Source: Bilabrum cf. latius (taxonomy: Eukaryota). From it: DNA of 64,000 bases. This document shows positions 11,667-22,700 of the stretch, piece by piece. The first letter of the stretch is position 1; every line of letters starts with the position of its first letter. Below the pieces are notes generated by a model that was not told the DNA's origin, did not search any database, and worked only from the letters and a program-made list of their open reading frames with translations. The position numbers and the translations under genes were made by a program. Location of the stretch: positions 992,001-1,056,000 of the forward strand of contig OZ237748.1 of NCBI GenBank assembly GCA_965178125.1. Direction: 5' to 3'.

Positions 11667-13321
11667 TCACGGCTTCTGGAACTCGCGCAAATACTCAAAT
11701 GCCTCTTCGAAGTCGTCAGTCGGGTATCCCTTCGGGATCAGCGGATAGTTGAAGAAGAATGAGTCTTTATGAGTCTCCCAGATATATTCGAGCGAGGCTT
11801 GCTGGCGCAGGCGTAGACTGCTCCAACCTAGCTTCAGCACCCTGGCCGTGGGCCGCATGTAGGACGTCTCGACGCGCCACAGGTACGCCCCGCTGTCCAT
11901 GTCCACGAGGGCAAGATCCCCCACGCGGTCGCACTCCTCCCCCGTGATGACGAGTGAGCAATTACTGGCAGACGTTCCTGCATTCCAGAAATAGAGACTC
12001 GTAGCGACTTTCACTTCCAGGTCGCAGTTGTTCTTCACTGCTAGAGTGGAGGAGCCCTATCGCCCGTACAGCAGATACTTCCCTTTGCCGAGCAACTCGT
12101 TGCTCCACAGCTTATCCCCTTTGGCGGAAGGTCGCTTGGCGAGCGCCTTGGGGTCGCAGCGAGGAACCCACCCATTGATGGCCCCATGCAGCGCCGCCGT
12201 CTTGAGACCATTGCCGAAGGTCTCGTCGTCGTCAGGACTGTCGAGATCTTCCGACCCCGCAGACCACACGATCGCACCTCCCTGCTGGTGCAGGACGGCA
12301 TTCCCGTCCCCCTGCAGGCGAAGGGTGTCTGCACCCGGGTCCATCATTGAGGTAGGCACCCGCCATATGTACTGCCCGGAGGCGCTGTCCACGATGGCCA
12401 GGTCGCCCTGGGTGTCGCACCCGTCTCCCGTGATGACGAGTGCGCACTTCCCCTCGGTCCCCTTGCCCCTCGTGTTGGTCGCAAACCGTGCTTCGCCCTC
12501 TCGGTGGACCACGAGGTTGCAGTCTCCCTGCATGCGCAGCTCGGCCCCCTCGCCCGCCCTCAAGCGGCCCCGGCTTGCAGCACCTGCCTTGGAGACAGCA
12601 CGTCGCCGCCGGTCACTTGAAGGTACGACGATTGCAAGGCCCCAGCATCGCAATGCAAGTTGTGCACGTCCTCCCGCACCTCTAGATCGAAGTGGAACTT
12701 CCCCCTTCTCTGCTATATGTGGCCGTCGATGGCGCCCCAAAGCGGCTTTCCGCCCTCTTGAAAGAGAACGGCATTGCCGTCCCCCTGGACCAGAAACATG
12801 TCCACCTCGGGAGTGAAAGCAGACGACTGTACCCGCCAGAGGTACATGCCCGTTTGCGTGTCGATGATGGCCAGATCTCCTTGCGTGCTGCACGACGCAT
12901 CCGTCATGAGCAGCGCGCAGTGATCGGTGTGCTTCTCTAATAGTCCGGAGATGAACAACATATCAGTGTGATCATCGTAGACAATAAGATAGCACTAGGT
13001 ATTGAGCCACACCTCTGTCGTGTCCTTGGACAAGTAGTGGGAGGAACGCAGAATCTCGCCCCTCTGCAGCCTGTCGCCCTTTGCTGGCTTCTTCCTCGAG
13101 GCCAAGGCGCTGACGTTGCACGAGTACATGTCAACTCTGTCATACAGAAGATCATACTCTGTGTGTCTGTCCCTGACAGACCTGCTGCCGGCGTGGACCG
13201 AGGCCGACGACATGATAGAGCCAGCGCTGCGAAGGTGCTGCTGGCCTTCTGCTCGTCGCCCGTGCACACGGACCGCCGAGCAGGCGACGAGAGCCAGTAA
13301 AATAGAAACGATTGATTGCAT
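11667..13321 (-). pseudogene. Secreted multi-domain bulb-type (GNA/curculin-like) lectin, copy A, with one frameshift
   Basis: Signal peptide; QGDGNAVL, MQGDCNLVV and KNNCDL motifs; TAG at 12995, 12713, 12057. A 1-nt deletion relative to copy B near 12563 (GCCGCTTGAGG vs GCCGCCTTGAGG) shifts the frame; this could be a sequencing error. Confidence 0.75.
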
Positions 13322-14526
13322 TCCTGCAAACCTATGACTGATGAGCCAGTTGTACCACCTTGCACTGCTGCAGCGGGCGGCAAGAATGTGTGTGACCTCG
13401 ACGCGAGTCGGGCACAGGACCCCGCGAGGGGGCCCAAGGTGGACGGGGGGGGGGGGGGCTGGATAAGGGGGTAGAACTCCGGGTAGTACTGATGACCGTC
13501 TCCCCCTAAATTAAGAACTTTAAGAAACGCACCATCATGTCGTTATGTATCGACATACTTGTGAGAGCTGTTATCGTCAAAGCCCGGTGGACGCAACCGG
13601 AATGTTTCAAATCAAGTGTTTTGCGCTGCATTACACTCGTGGGAAACTGTGATGGAGCGCATTGTATTTCCATACCTCGCTCCCCGCCAGTCGGTCGGAA
13701 TAAGTCGAATAGGCAATGGCAGAAGGAATCCGGGTGCTGCAGCAGGACTTGGCCAAAATTAACGACAAACGCAAGCAAAGGAAGCTGTGCTCGATGCCAA
13801 AACGTACTCAGCTGAACCATGAGAGAGGTGTGCGACCGGGCGAGCGACCTCGGGGCCCTGCTGCAAGTGATGGGCGGCGAGCTGCTGCACCGCGTGCACG
13901 GCAAGGAGGCACTGTTTCCCGAGGTGGCCAGCTGGCAGCGTGGGGGGAGTCTATGCCCGGGCTAGAAAGTTTCTCAAGACGGCGCGCTCCCTGCGGCTGC
14001 ACGCCGCCCTGCTGGCCCAGCTCATCGCGCCTTGCCCGGAGGAGAGGACGGGCAGGAGGAGAACGAGGTCAGGCACTAGGCCGCGGGTCTGGCCCAGATC
14101 GTGTTCGCGGGACCGCTGGTGGATCCTCACCGTCTGGCGGGATGTGTCGCTCGTTGCGTGCGGGACGCTTGGCTCGAGGCGACCGCAGTGTACCGCATCA
14201 TGGCTGGGGGCCGGGCGGCTGTGGCGGCGGCGGTCGGGGGCTGCAAGGCGACGGAGCTCTTCCAGCGGGGCAACAGCCTGAGCAGGTGCTGTTGCAGGAG
14301 GCCAGGGGGTGGAGGAAGTTGCAAGGGGACTTGGACTGCTGGTGGGCTGAGGTGCAGCTCCAGAGGCAGCAGCCCCTTTGGATAAGTAGGGGGCCGGCGC
14401 CGCCGCAGCCAAGAGGGCGAGGGCGGTGGAGGAGAGCGTAGATCCACTCGGGGGCGCGCTCGGCAAAGCATTGGGGCCCTGCAATCGGAAGCAGAAGGTA
14501 GGCAAGCAGAAGCAGAGGTGGAAAAG

Positions 14527-14835
14527 GAAGAAGAAGAAGAAGAAGAAGAAGAAGAAGAAGAAGAAGAAGAAGAAGAAGAAGAAGAAGAAGAAGAAGAAGA
14601 AGAAGAAGAACAAGAAGAAGAAGAAGAAGAAGAACAAGAAGAAGAAGAAGAAGAAGAAGAAGAAGAAGAAGAAGAAGAAGAAGAAGAAGAAGAAGAAGAA
14701 GAAGAAGAAGAAGAAGAAGAAGAAGAAGAAGAAGAAGAAGAAGAAGAAGAAGAAGAAGAAGAAGAAGAAGAAGAAGAAGAAGAAGAAGAAGAAGAAGATG
14801 AAGATGAAGAAGAAGAAGAAGAAGAAGAAGAAGAA
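14527..14835 (+). repeat. (GAA)~103 microsatellite with rare CAA/GAT interruptions
   Basis: Directly visible. It lies in a GC-rich, ORF-like but stop-interrupted segment (~13700-15260). Confidence 0.95.
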
Positions 14836-15690
14836 GGAGCCGGCAAGGGGAGCGGGGCAGCAAGCCCGGGGCGGGACCAACGCAGCGGGACCGGCGAGTG
14901 CCAGGCCGAAGCGGAGACGAGACGAGCGCAACGGGCAGGATCAGCTCGAAGAGGGAGCGGCAGAAGGAAACATCGATGACGAGGAAGACGCGGGAGAAGT
15001 GGACGATTTGGGCCCGCAGGCGTCGATGGAGGGATGCCCCCCGGTCGAGGACGAGGACCTGACCGGGTAGGACGACCCTGGCGGCAACGGCGGGGAGCCA
15101 AACGAGAGGGTACAAATACAAGTGGAGGGTTCGAGTCATTTTATGATGCTTGCCCTGGAACAGGCGCCCGACCCGACCAAGAGACAGGGGCGGCCGTCCG
15201 AGAAGCTGCTGCGCATGGTCGCACTAGCGCGCGATGGGCGCGACGATGACACGCTGTGACGCTCCACCGGTGACAACAAGTTGCCAACTCTCTATAGAAG
15301 CATGCTAGTGGTGCTGTTTTGTGCGTATTGCCGGCAGGGCCGGAGAAATCGCTGATTGTATCGTTTTTACGACGTGACTTTGGGTGGCGATTCTGAAATT
15401 TTCTCCGGGCGCACAGGGCTATAATCCAGAAAGTGCAACTGTGATATTCGCATAAATGTACATGCTAATTTTTGGAAAGTCCTTTTAAGTCCTTTTTAGC
15501 CGAGCAGCTGTGCAAGACAAGGTCGGGTGCGAGCGATATCAGCGATCGATTTGAACTCATCGCGCATAAAAAGACACAAAACCAATTTTGATAAATACAC
15601 TAATAAGATTCACCCACTAACGACCCCAGTTACTGACCAGGAGCCGAGCAATATGAGAATTTCGAAATCTGTCCCAACTGTCAAAAATTC

Positions 15691-15722
15691 CCGGTTCTAA
15701 CCTCGGGAGAGGTTAGAACCGG
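15691..15722. other. Perfect 14-bp inverted repeat (hairpin)
   Basis: CCGGTTCTAACCTC-GGGA-GAGGTTAGAACCGG. Confidence 0.9.
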
Positions 15723-16440
15723 TCGAAACTCCCGGTCTTCCGAGCGAGCAGCATCACCATCAGTTCGAGCCGAGCACGCATTTGGACAAGGCGCAATCAA
15801 ACATAATCATATTCATATTATCTGGATTTTGAGTTTCGAGACACCGTGGTGAGACCCCTTTAAGATACATTCGTTCGTGTCTCACACTCGCGCCTTCGTT
15901 CGTGAAGTAAGCACCGCTCTATCGACGGACAATACAAAAAACGCAAAATATGTCAAATTCATCAAGTCTTGGTTTGGCTTTCGCCGCTCCTTCGCTAGAA
16001 AGTGCCCGACAGGCGTTCATTCCCACTTGTATTAACCGCGGGCCTTCTCCCGACTGCAGCCAAAGCCCGCTTTAGCTCAGCTTGGACGTCAAAACGTGGG
16101 GAGATGACGCTTTCAACATTTCCAAATCCGCACCATGGCCGCTTTGGTCTAGAGGTTCCTACTGGTAGTACGCCGTGATGCCGTCCGGTCCACTGCCTCT
16201 GCCAGGGAGGGAATATCGCAGGTGATTGACTGTGGTGACTCCTAGCGCGTATGATTCAGCTCAAAAGGTATGAATCTTACAATCATATCAACTCGCGCCG
16301 TTCAGCGAAGACGCATCACGCTTGCACATGCGCCAACAAGGCAAGAGCGGGTTTCGCCGTGATGCCGGATTGGCATCGTTGGGAACCGGATCGCACGCCA
16401 TATGTGCTCTCACGACCGCCGTACAAAAGCACACCACTCT

Positions 16441-18126
16441 TCACGGCTTCTGGGACTCGCGCACATATTCAAACACTTTCTTGAAGTCGTCAGTCGGGTA
16501 TCCCTCCGGGATCAGCGGGGGGGTGGAGAAGAGCGCTCGTTCAAACGTATGCCAGATACCATGGCGCGAGGCCTGCTGCCGCAGGATCAAATTGCCCGAT
16601 TGTAGGTCCAGCACCCTGGCCGTGGGACGCATGTAGGACGTGTCGATGCTCCACAGATACACCCCGCTGTCCATGTCCACGAGAGCAAGATCCCCCACGC
16701 GGTCGCACTCATCCCCCGTGATGACGAGTGCGCACTTCTCGGCCTTGCCCTTGGTCTCTGATCTCCAGGTCTTGCCTCCCTCTGCGAAGGTCTCCACAAG
16801 GTCGCAATCGGACTATAACGTTAGAGAGGCGTCCTTGTTGTCCAATTGCAGCATACGGCCCTTGCGCATGATCTCATCGTCCCACAGTGACTTCCCCCGG
16901 GCGGCAGGTCGCTTGGCGAGCGCCTTTGGATCGCAATGAGGGCGATTCCCATTGATGGCTGCCTGCAGGGCAACCGTCTTGAGACCGTTGCCGAAAGTCT
17001 CGTCCTAGTAGGACTAATCCGCAAATGGCCTCCCCGTAGACCACACGATCGCGCCTCCCTGCTGGTGCAGGACGGCATTCCCGTCCCCCTGCAGACGAAG
17101 GGTGTCTGCACCCGGGTCCATCAGTGAGGTAGGCACCCGCCAGATGTACTGCCCAGAGGCGCTGTCCACGATGGCCAGGTCACCCTGGGTGTCGCACCCG
17201 TCCCCCGTGATGACGAGTGCGCACTTCCCCTCGGTACCCTTGCCCGCCGTGCGGGTCGCAAATCGCGCCGGCCCCCCTTTGTACACCACGAGGTTGCAGT
17301 CTCCCTGCATGTGCAGCTCGACCGGATACCTCTCGTCCTCGCCCGCCCTCAAGGCGGCCCCGGCTCGCAGCACCTGCCCCGGAGACAGCACGTCGCCGCC
17401 GGTCACTTGGTGGTATGAAGATTCCAGAGCCTTTGTATCGCACTGCAAGCTGTGCACGTCCTCCCGCACCTCCAGATCGAAGTGGAACTGCCCGAAACCC
17501 TGCGTCGTGTCGTAGTAATCGGTGCTCCACAGCAGCTGCGCGCCTTCCTGAAGGAGAACGGCATTACCATCCCCCTGGGCCAGAAACGTGTCCACTTCTG
17601 GTGTGAAGATAGAGGATTGCACCCGCCAGAGGTACTTGCCCGTATCCGTGTCGATGATGGCCAGGTCTCCCTGCGTGCTGCACGATGCATCCGTCAAGAG
17701 AAGCGCGCAATGCTCAGCATGAGCCTCGGTGTCGCCCGAAACGAACTAATCCGGTTTGCCCTTGCCGATAACGACCAAATTGCAATCTTTCCGCAGCCAC
17801 ACTACTGTCAAACCTTTGGACAATGCATTATCGAATGGGGCCGCGGCAGAGTGCAGAATCTCGCCTCTCTGCAGCCTGTCGCCCTTTGCTGGCTTCTTCC
17901 TCGCGGCCAAGGCGCTCACATCGCAGGAAAACATGCTAACTTTATCAAATTTGAGGTCAAACTATGTGACTGTGCGGCTATGGTGCCTGCTGCTGCTGGC
18001 GTGGACCGAGACCGACGACATGGAGCCAGCGCTGCGAAGGTGCTGCTGGCCTTTTGCTCGTCGCCCGTGCACACTGACCGCCGAATAGGCAACGAGAGCT
18101 ATCAAACTAGAAACGATTAATTGCAT
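16441..18126 (-). CDS. Secreted multi-domain bulb-type lectin, copy B, intact with TAG=Gln (561 aa)
   Basis: Single frame from ATG 18126 (MQLIVSSLIALVAYSAVSVHG) to TGA 16441. Only TAG interruptions (17962, 17746, 17014, 17005, 16813). Repeated QxDxNxV-type motifs, including LTL[TAG]SDCDLV. Confidence 0.85.
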
Positions 18127-18404
18127 TCTTGCAGATCACTTTGTGCTGATGCAGTGGACGGCAAGGGAACGAGCCGGAATCTTGGCCAGATCCCCGCAAG
18201 GGGTGGATGGCCCGGGGGTGGATGTCTCCAAAAAGGGGTGCACCCCCCCCTCCCCCCCCTTAATATCCACTGAACAATTTGACCACATTACTTGTTCATA
18301 TGCATTACTTTAAAAACTATTGGTGTTTTTGACTTTACGGTGTCCTTGCAAATTGTATTTCTAACTGTTAGGATTTGTCAATCCACCGCACAGATGCACC
18401 TCCT

Positions 18405-18940
18405 TCACGGCTTCTGGGACTCGCGCAAATACTCAAATACCTCCTCGAAGTCGTCAGTCGGGTATCCCTTCGGGATCAGCGGCTCTCCCGACTCAGTCGA
18501 CTCCCTGATACGTTTGAACGAGGCCTGCTGGCACAGAGCCATTCTGCCCCCGAATTTCCTCAGCATCCTGGCTGTAGGCCGCATGTAGGACGTGTCGATG
18601 CTCCACAGGAACGCCCTGCTGTCCATGTCCACGACAGCAAGATCTCCCACGCGGTCGTATTCTTCCCCCGTGATGACGAGTGCGCAGTTACTGGCTTCCG
18701 TTCCTGTATGCCAGATATCGTCGATATGCGCCAAGCTCTCTTGCAGGTCGCAGTTGTTCCTTAGCCTCAGAGCGACTTGGTATCTATAGTTAAACAGCAT
18801 GCTCCCTCTGCCAAGCATTTCATTGCTCCACAGCTTGTCCCCCTTGGCCGCAGGTCGCTTGGCGAGCGCCTTTGGGTAACAGCGAGGGCGATTCCCTTCG
18901 ATGGCCGCCTGCAGCGCCGCCGTCTTGACCCTTCGCTGAA
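18405..18940 (-). pseudogene. 3' fragment of bulb-type lectin, copy C
   Basis: KTAALQAAIEG...RNNCDL...GYPTDDFEEVFEYLRESQKP matches the C-termini of copies A and B. Similarity is lost upstream of ~18940 and no signal peptide was found. Confidence 0.65.
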
Positions 18941-19772
18941 ACAGCATCGTGCATGTCTCGCTCTTGGGCAAGACTGGGGATCGAAAGGGATTTGGCCCTC
19001 GCGATCCATTCGTTACGTCCCTTTGCAGTCTTTTCCCAGGGTACTTGCTGGTGCAGTGACTCAGCGCGGTATAATTCTTCTCCCAGCTGTCTGATCCTAT
19101 CCTTGTGCAGCGGGCCTGCCAGTGGTCTGGGGAATCGGCCACACATCTGCCTAAGGAAAGTACGATGTGTCAACACCTCTTGTACACTACCTGGCAAGAG
19201 CAGGTATGCATCGGAGGCCGTAACCCGTAAACATCAGCAAAGTCAATCCGTAGCAGCAGGCGAAATGTGTTCACAGCTTCATGTTCCTGGCCTCTTTGGC
19301 CAAGGAGGCTCCTGCTCCATCGGCTCTTTGCTGCCAGAAGCTTCTGGGTGGCCCTCTCTAGCACCTGCTACCCCGTTCGCCTTGCGAACGCTTGCACCGA
19401 CCGCCGCCGTCCTTTGGGGCTATAGTCTAGCCTGTTCAGTAACTCTGGAGATCGTTGGTGTTGGTATGCTACTGCAGTTGCCATGTTCACCACTGGACAA
19501 CATGTTTTGTTGTGTGTGATTATCTCAATACGATATTTACGGACAGATTGCTTGGATTTAGGTTGCCAGTTGACCGTAACTAAACGCGGAAGCTGGAAGG
19601 TCAGCATAACTTTATGCGACGAATGTAAGTTATAATGTTGACCGAGTGCTTTGGCTGCATTGTGATGCTTAGCGGCATGGCAGAATCTTTTTCTCGGACA
19701 ATGCTGCACAGATATACACTCTTCAACGCACCAATTCAACGCACTCGTGGTATATAATGTTATCTTGGTAGA

Positions 19773-22700
19773 ATGCTACAGTCTTACATCCACAGGGAAG
19801 ATGCGCTGCGTGAGGCTGCCAAACTTGGCAAAGTGGACGACTTGAGGGCTTACATGGATGCGGGAACGGACATTGAATCAAGAGATAAGGTGAGGTCAAC
19901 TTCAGCAGAATATTGTATTATCTCCATGTTTGTTAAGCAGTATATGAAGAAGGCCCAGTCGTCGAATTGCGGCCAAGAACCGCAGCTGTTGACCGCATGA
20001 ATCTTGCTACGGGGTTCACTGACTACGTATCTGCCAAGCATGCCAAAAGCAGCGGCGTATACCGTATATCCGAATTATGCGTAGCGACCACGGGATGTGG
20101 TACCGACACTCGGTAGTGCACTGACTGCGATACAGAGGTGGCTAGGTGTGGGACTTCTTGGAGCTGCACTGGTACAAATACGTGATCAATAGATGCAAGC
20201 TATTTGATGTCTTAACCTTCATATGCTGCCATACCGGCAGTCCAGCAGTCGCGTGAACAAGTCTGCTACACGGTAGATGTCGCGGGAGGTGGTCGCATAT
20301 CCGATCGTTGAAGCGTGCCTGCATACTTGTAACAACTGATACAATTTATAATTCATTGTGCAATGTCCCCTGGGGTATCTTGCTACAGTGGTAGCTGAAT
20401 CCTGCTGCAGATTGATGCATGTCCGAGTTTGATTCGCCCGCCGCTGCACCGCAGTATGGAAGAACAGCCGCACACTATGCAGCAATGGAAGGTCGCTTGG
20501 ACTGCCTGAAGCTTGCCATCGAAAGAGGTGCTGATATGGACGCAGCAAAATCTGTGAGGAGGACAGGCTGATACAACGGCTACAATGTGTGTGAAGGTCG
20601 TGACAATGAGTGTTACTCTCAAACTAAGCAAGCTAACTTAGCTAGACTGATCGCTTGTCCATAGATCTGAAGTGTTCCACCGGACAGCTTTTAGACTTGA
20701 TGCTGGCATATGCAATGCACTGCGTTCCATCCACCGTGTGCCCATCCGGATACTCATCGCAGGACGGCGTCACACCGGCCCATGTGGCGGCGGGGGCAGG
20801 CGACCTTGAGTGTCTTCGCTTGATCGCTGCACTTGGCGGGGATTTGAATGCTCGTAGGAATGTGAGTCGAAACCACGGCTTTACTAACGAATTACAATAG
20901 CTTTCTTCTGTTCAGTGTATTCGGATATTGAGGTGTTTACGTAATCGCGCAAACCCTTGCGACTGCATGTCTTCATACACATTCTGCGAGCCTCAAGCTG
21001 CCTTTCCCATCCAAGTGGCCGACCACTTCTCTTCCCTGCCCATCCAGAAGAGCTCCCATCTTGACCTGATGCGCATACCCTCCCTACCTTGCGCTCAATT
21101 CTCCGTGTTACCATGCGCATCGCAGAATGGCGCCACACCGGCTCATTTGGCAGCATTAAAAGGCCACCCCGAGTGTCTCCGCTTGATCGTTGCACTCGGT
21201 GGGGATGTGAACTCTCAGGCTAATGTGAGCGAGAAACATTGCCTGCTCGCAGGTGCAGCTGCGAGTCTGCACGTAGTGCAATTTGACAATGGGGTGCTCG
21301 CGTGATCTTGGTAGCTAGGATCTATCGGCAGCGAGACGCGGCTGTTGGTTCCAATTCTCGTGTCCGACTGCCAATGCAACAGAGCTTACGCATCCCGGGT
21401 AGACCTGATGCTGGCAAATGCCCTACCCTGCGCTCCTTCCTCCATGCTCCCATTAACATCGTAGAATGGCGCCACGCCAGCTCATATAGCTGCAGTCAAA
21501 GGCCACTTTGAATGCCTCCGCTGGATCTCTGCCCTTGGCGGGGATGTGAACGCTTAGAATTTCGTGAGGTAGCCTCTAGAACCATGGCTTGGTCACAAGT
21601 GTGCGAGCTTGTTCGGAGTGTAGTTGCTTAAAGGCATGTCTTCATGATCGCGCAAGCTAGCGGAAAGAGGTGGTTATTGCTAGAAAGATTAACAATGTCT
21701 CACTCCAGGCATGGAACAAGGGCTTTGTGCACGCTTTAAGCTGCCTTCCCCATCCACTTACTCCGGGAAGGGTTCACTGTTCGTTCGCGAACGTGCAGGG
21801 TCTACACACTTCTTTTAGAACCCCGGGCAAACATTACAAGATCGGTCCCGGCGAGTTCCTTCTCAGCATTCACTCGAACGCGTGCTCCATGTGCCCATTT
21901 TCATCGCAGAACGGCATCACACCGGTTCATTTAGCAGCTTTAAAAGGCCACTCCGAGTGTATCCACTATATTGCGGCACTTGGCGGGGATGTGAATTCTC
22001 AAGCTCATGCAAGGTTGAACTACGGCTATACCACAAGGGTGAGAGTCTGGCCGTACTGCAATTGGTCAGTGGCGTGTCTGCATGACTGGAAGAATGACAG
22101 GTAACCATCGACTCTAAATAAGAGCACTGATTACCTTGAAACCCGGACCAAGTGGCCATTTGCGAGCTTTCAGCCGCATTTCCCATCTATATTCCCGACC
22201 ATACCTCTCCCCCGCCAACCCAACATAGCTCACATCTAGACTTGATGCTCGCACTTGCACTTCGCTGCTCTCTTTTCTGCATTTTCTGAAGTCCATCGCA
22301 GAACGGCGCCACACCGGCCCATAAAGCAGCACAGGGCGGCCACCTTGAGTCTCTCCGCTTGATCGCTGCACTTGGCGGGGATATGAATGCTCGTGGTGAT
22401 GTGAGAGACAGCCACGTCTTTACCATAGGTGTTCGAGTTTGTCCGGAGAATCATTACTTTTTGGCACGTCTGCACGATAGCGCAAACTGGTTGCAACGTG
22501 TGGTTTTTGCTTAGACAATAAGATCGACAACATTTCTCACTCCAGGCCTGGAACATGGGCTTTGCATAAGCATGTGGCCGGCTGGGAAAGTTCCCATTCA
22601 TGAGGCCGCCAACGTCTCCCCTGCCCATCCAGAGGAGCTTGCATCTTGACATGGTGCTCATACCACCCTACCTTGCGCTCCATCCTTCACATTTCCATAT

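Noticed and set aside
13951-15139. Poly-Phe/Ser/Leu/Lys/Glu ORFs
   Set aside because: These are translations of the GAA microsatellite, and no coherent gene model spans the segment.
15691-15760. Helitron 3' end at the hairpin
   Set aside because: No CTRR terminus at the expected distance on either strand, and no Rep/helicase sequence.
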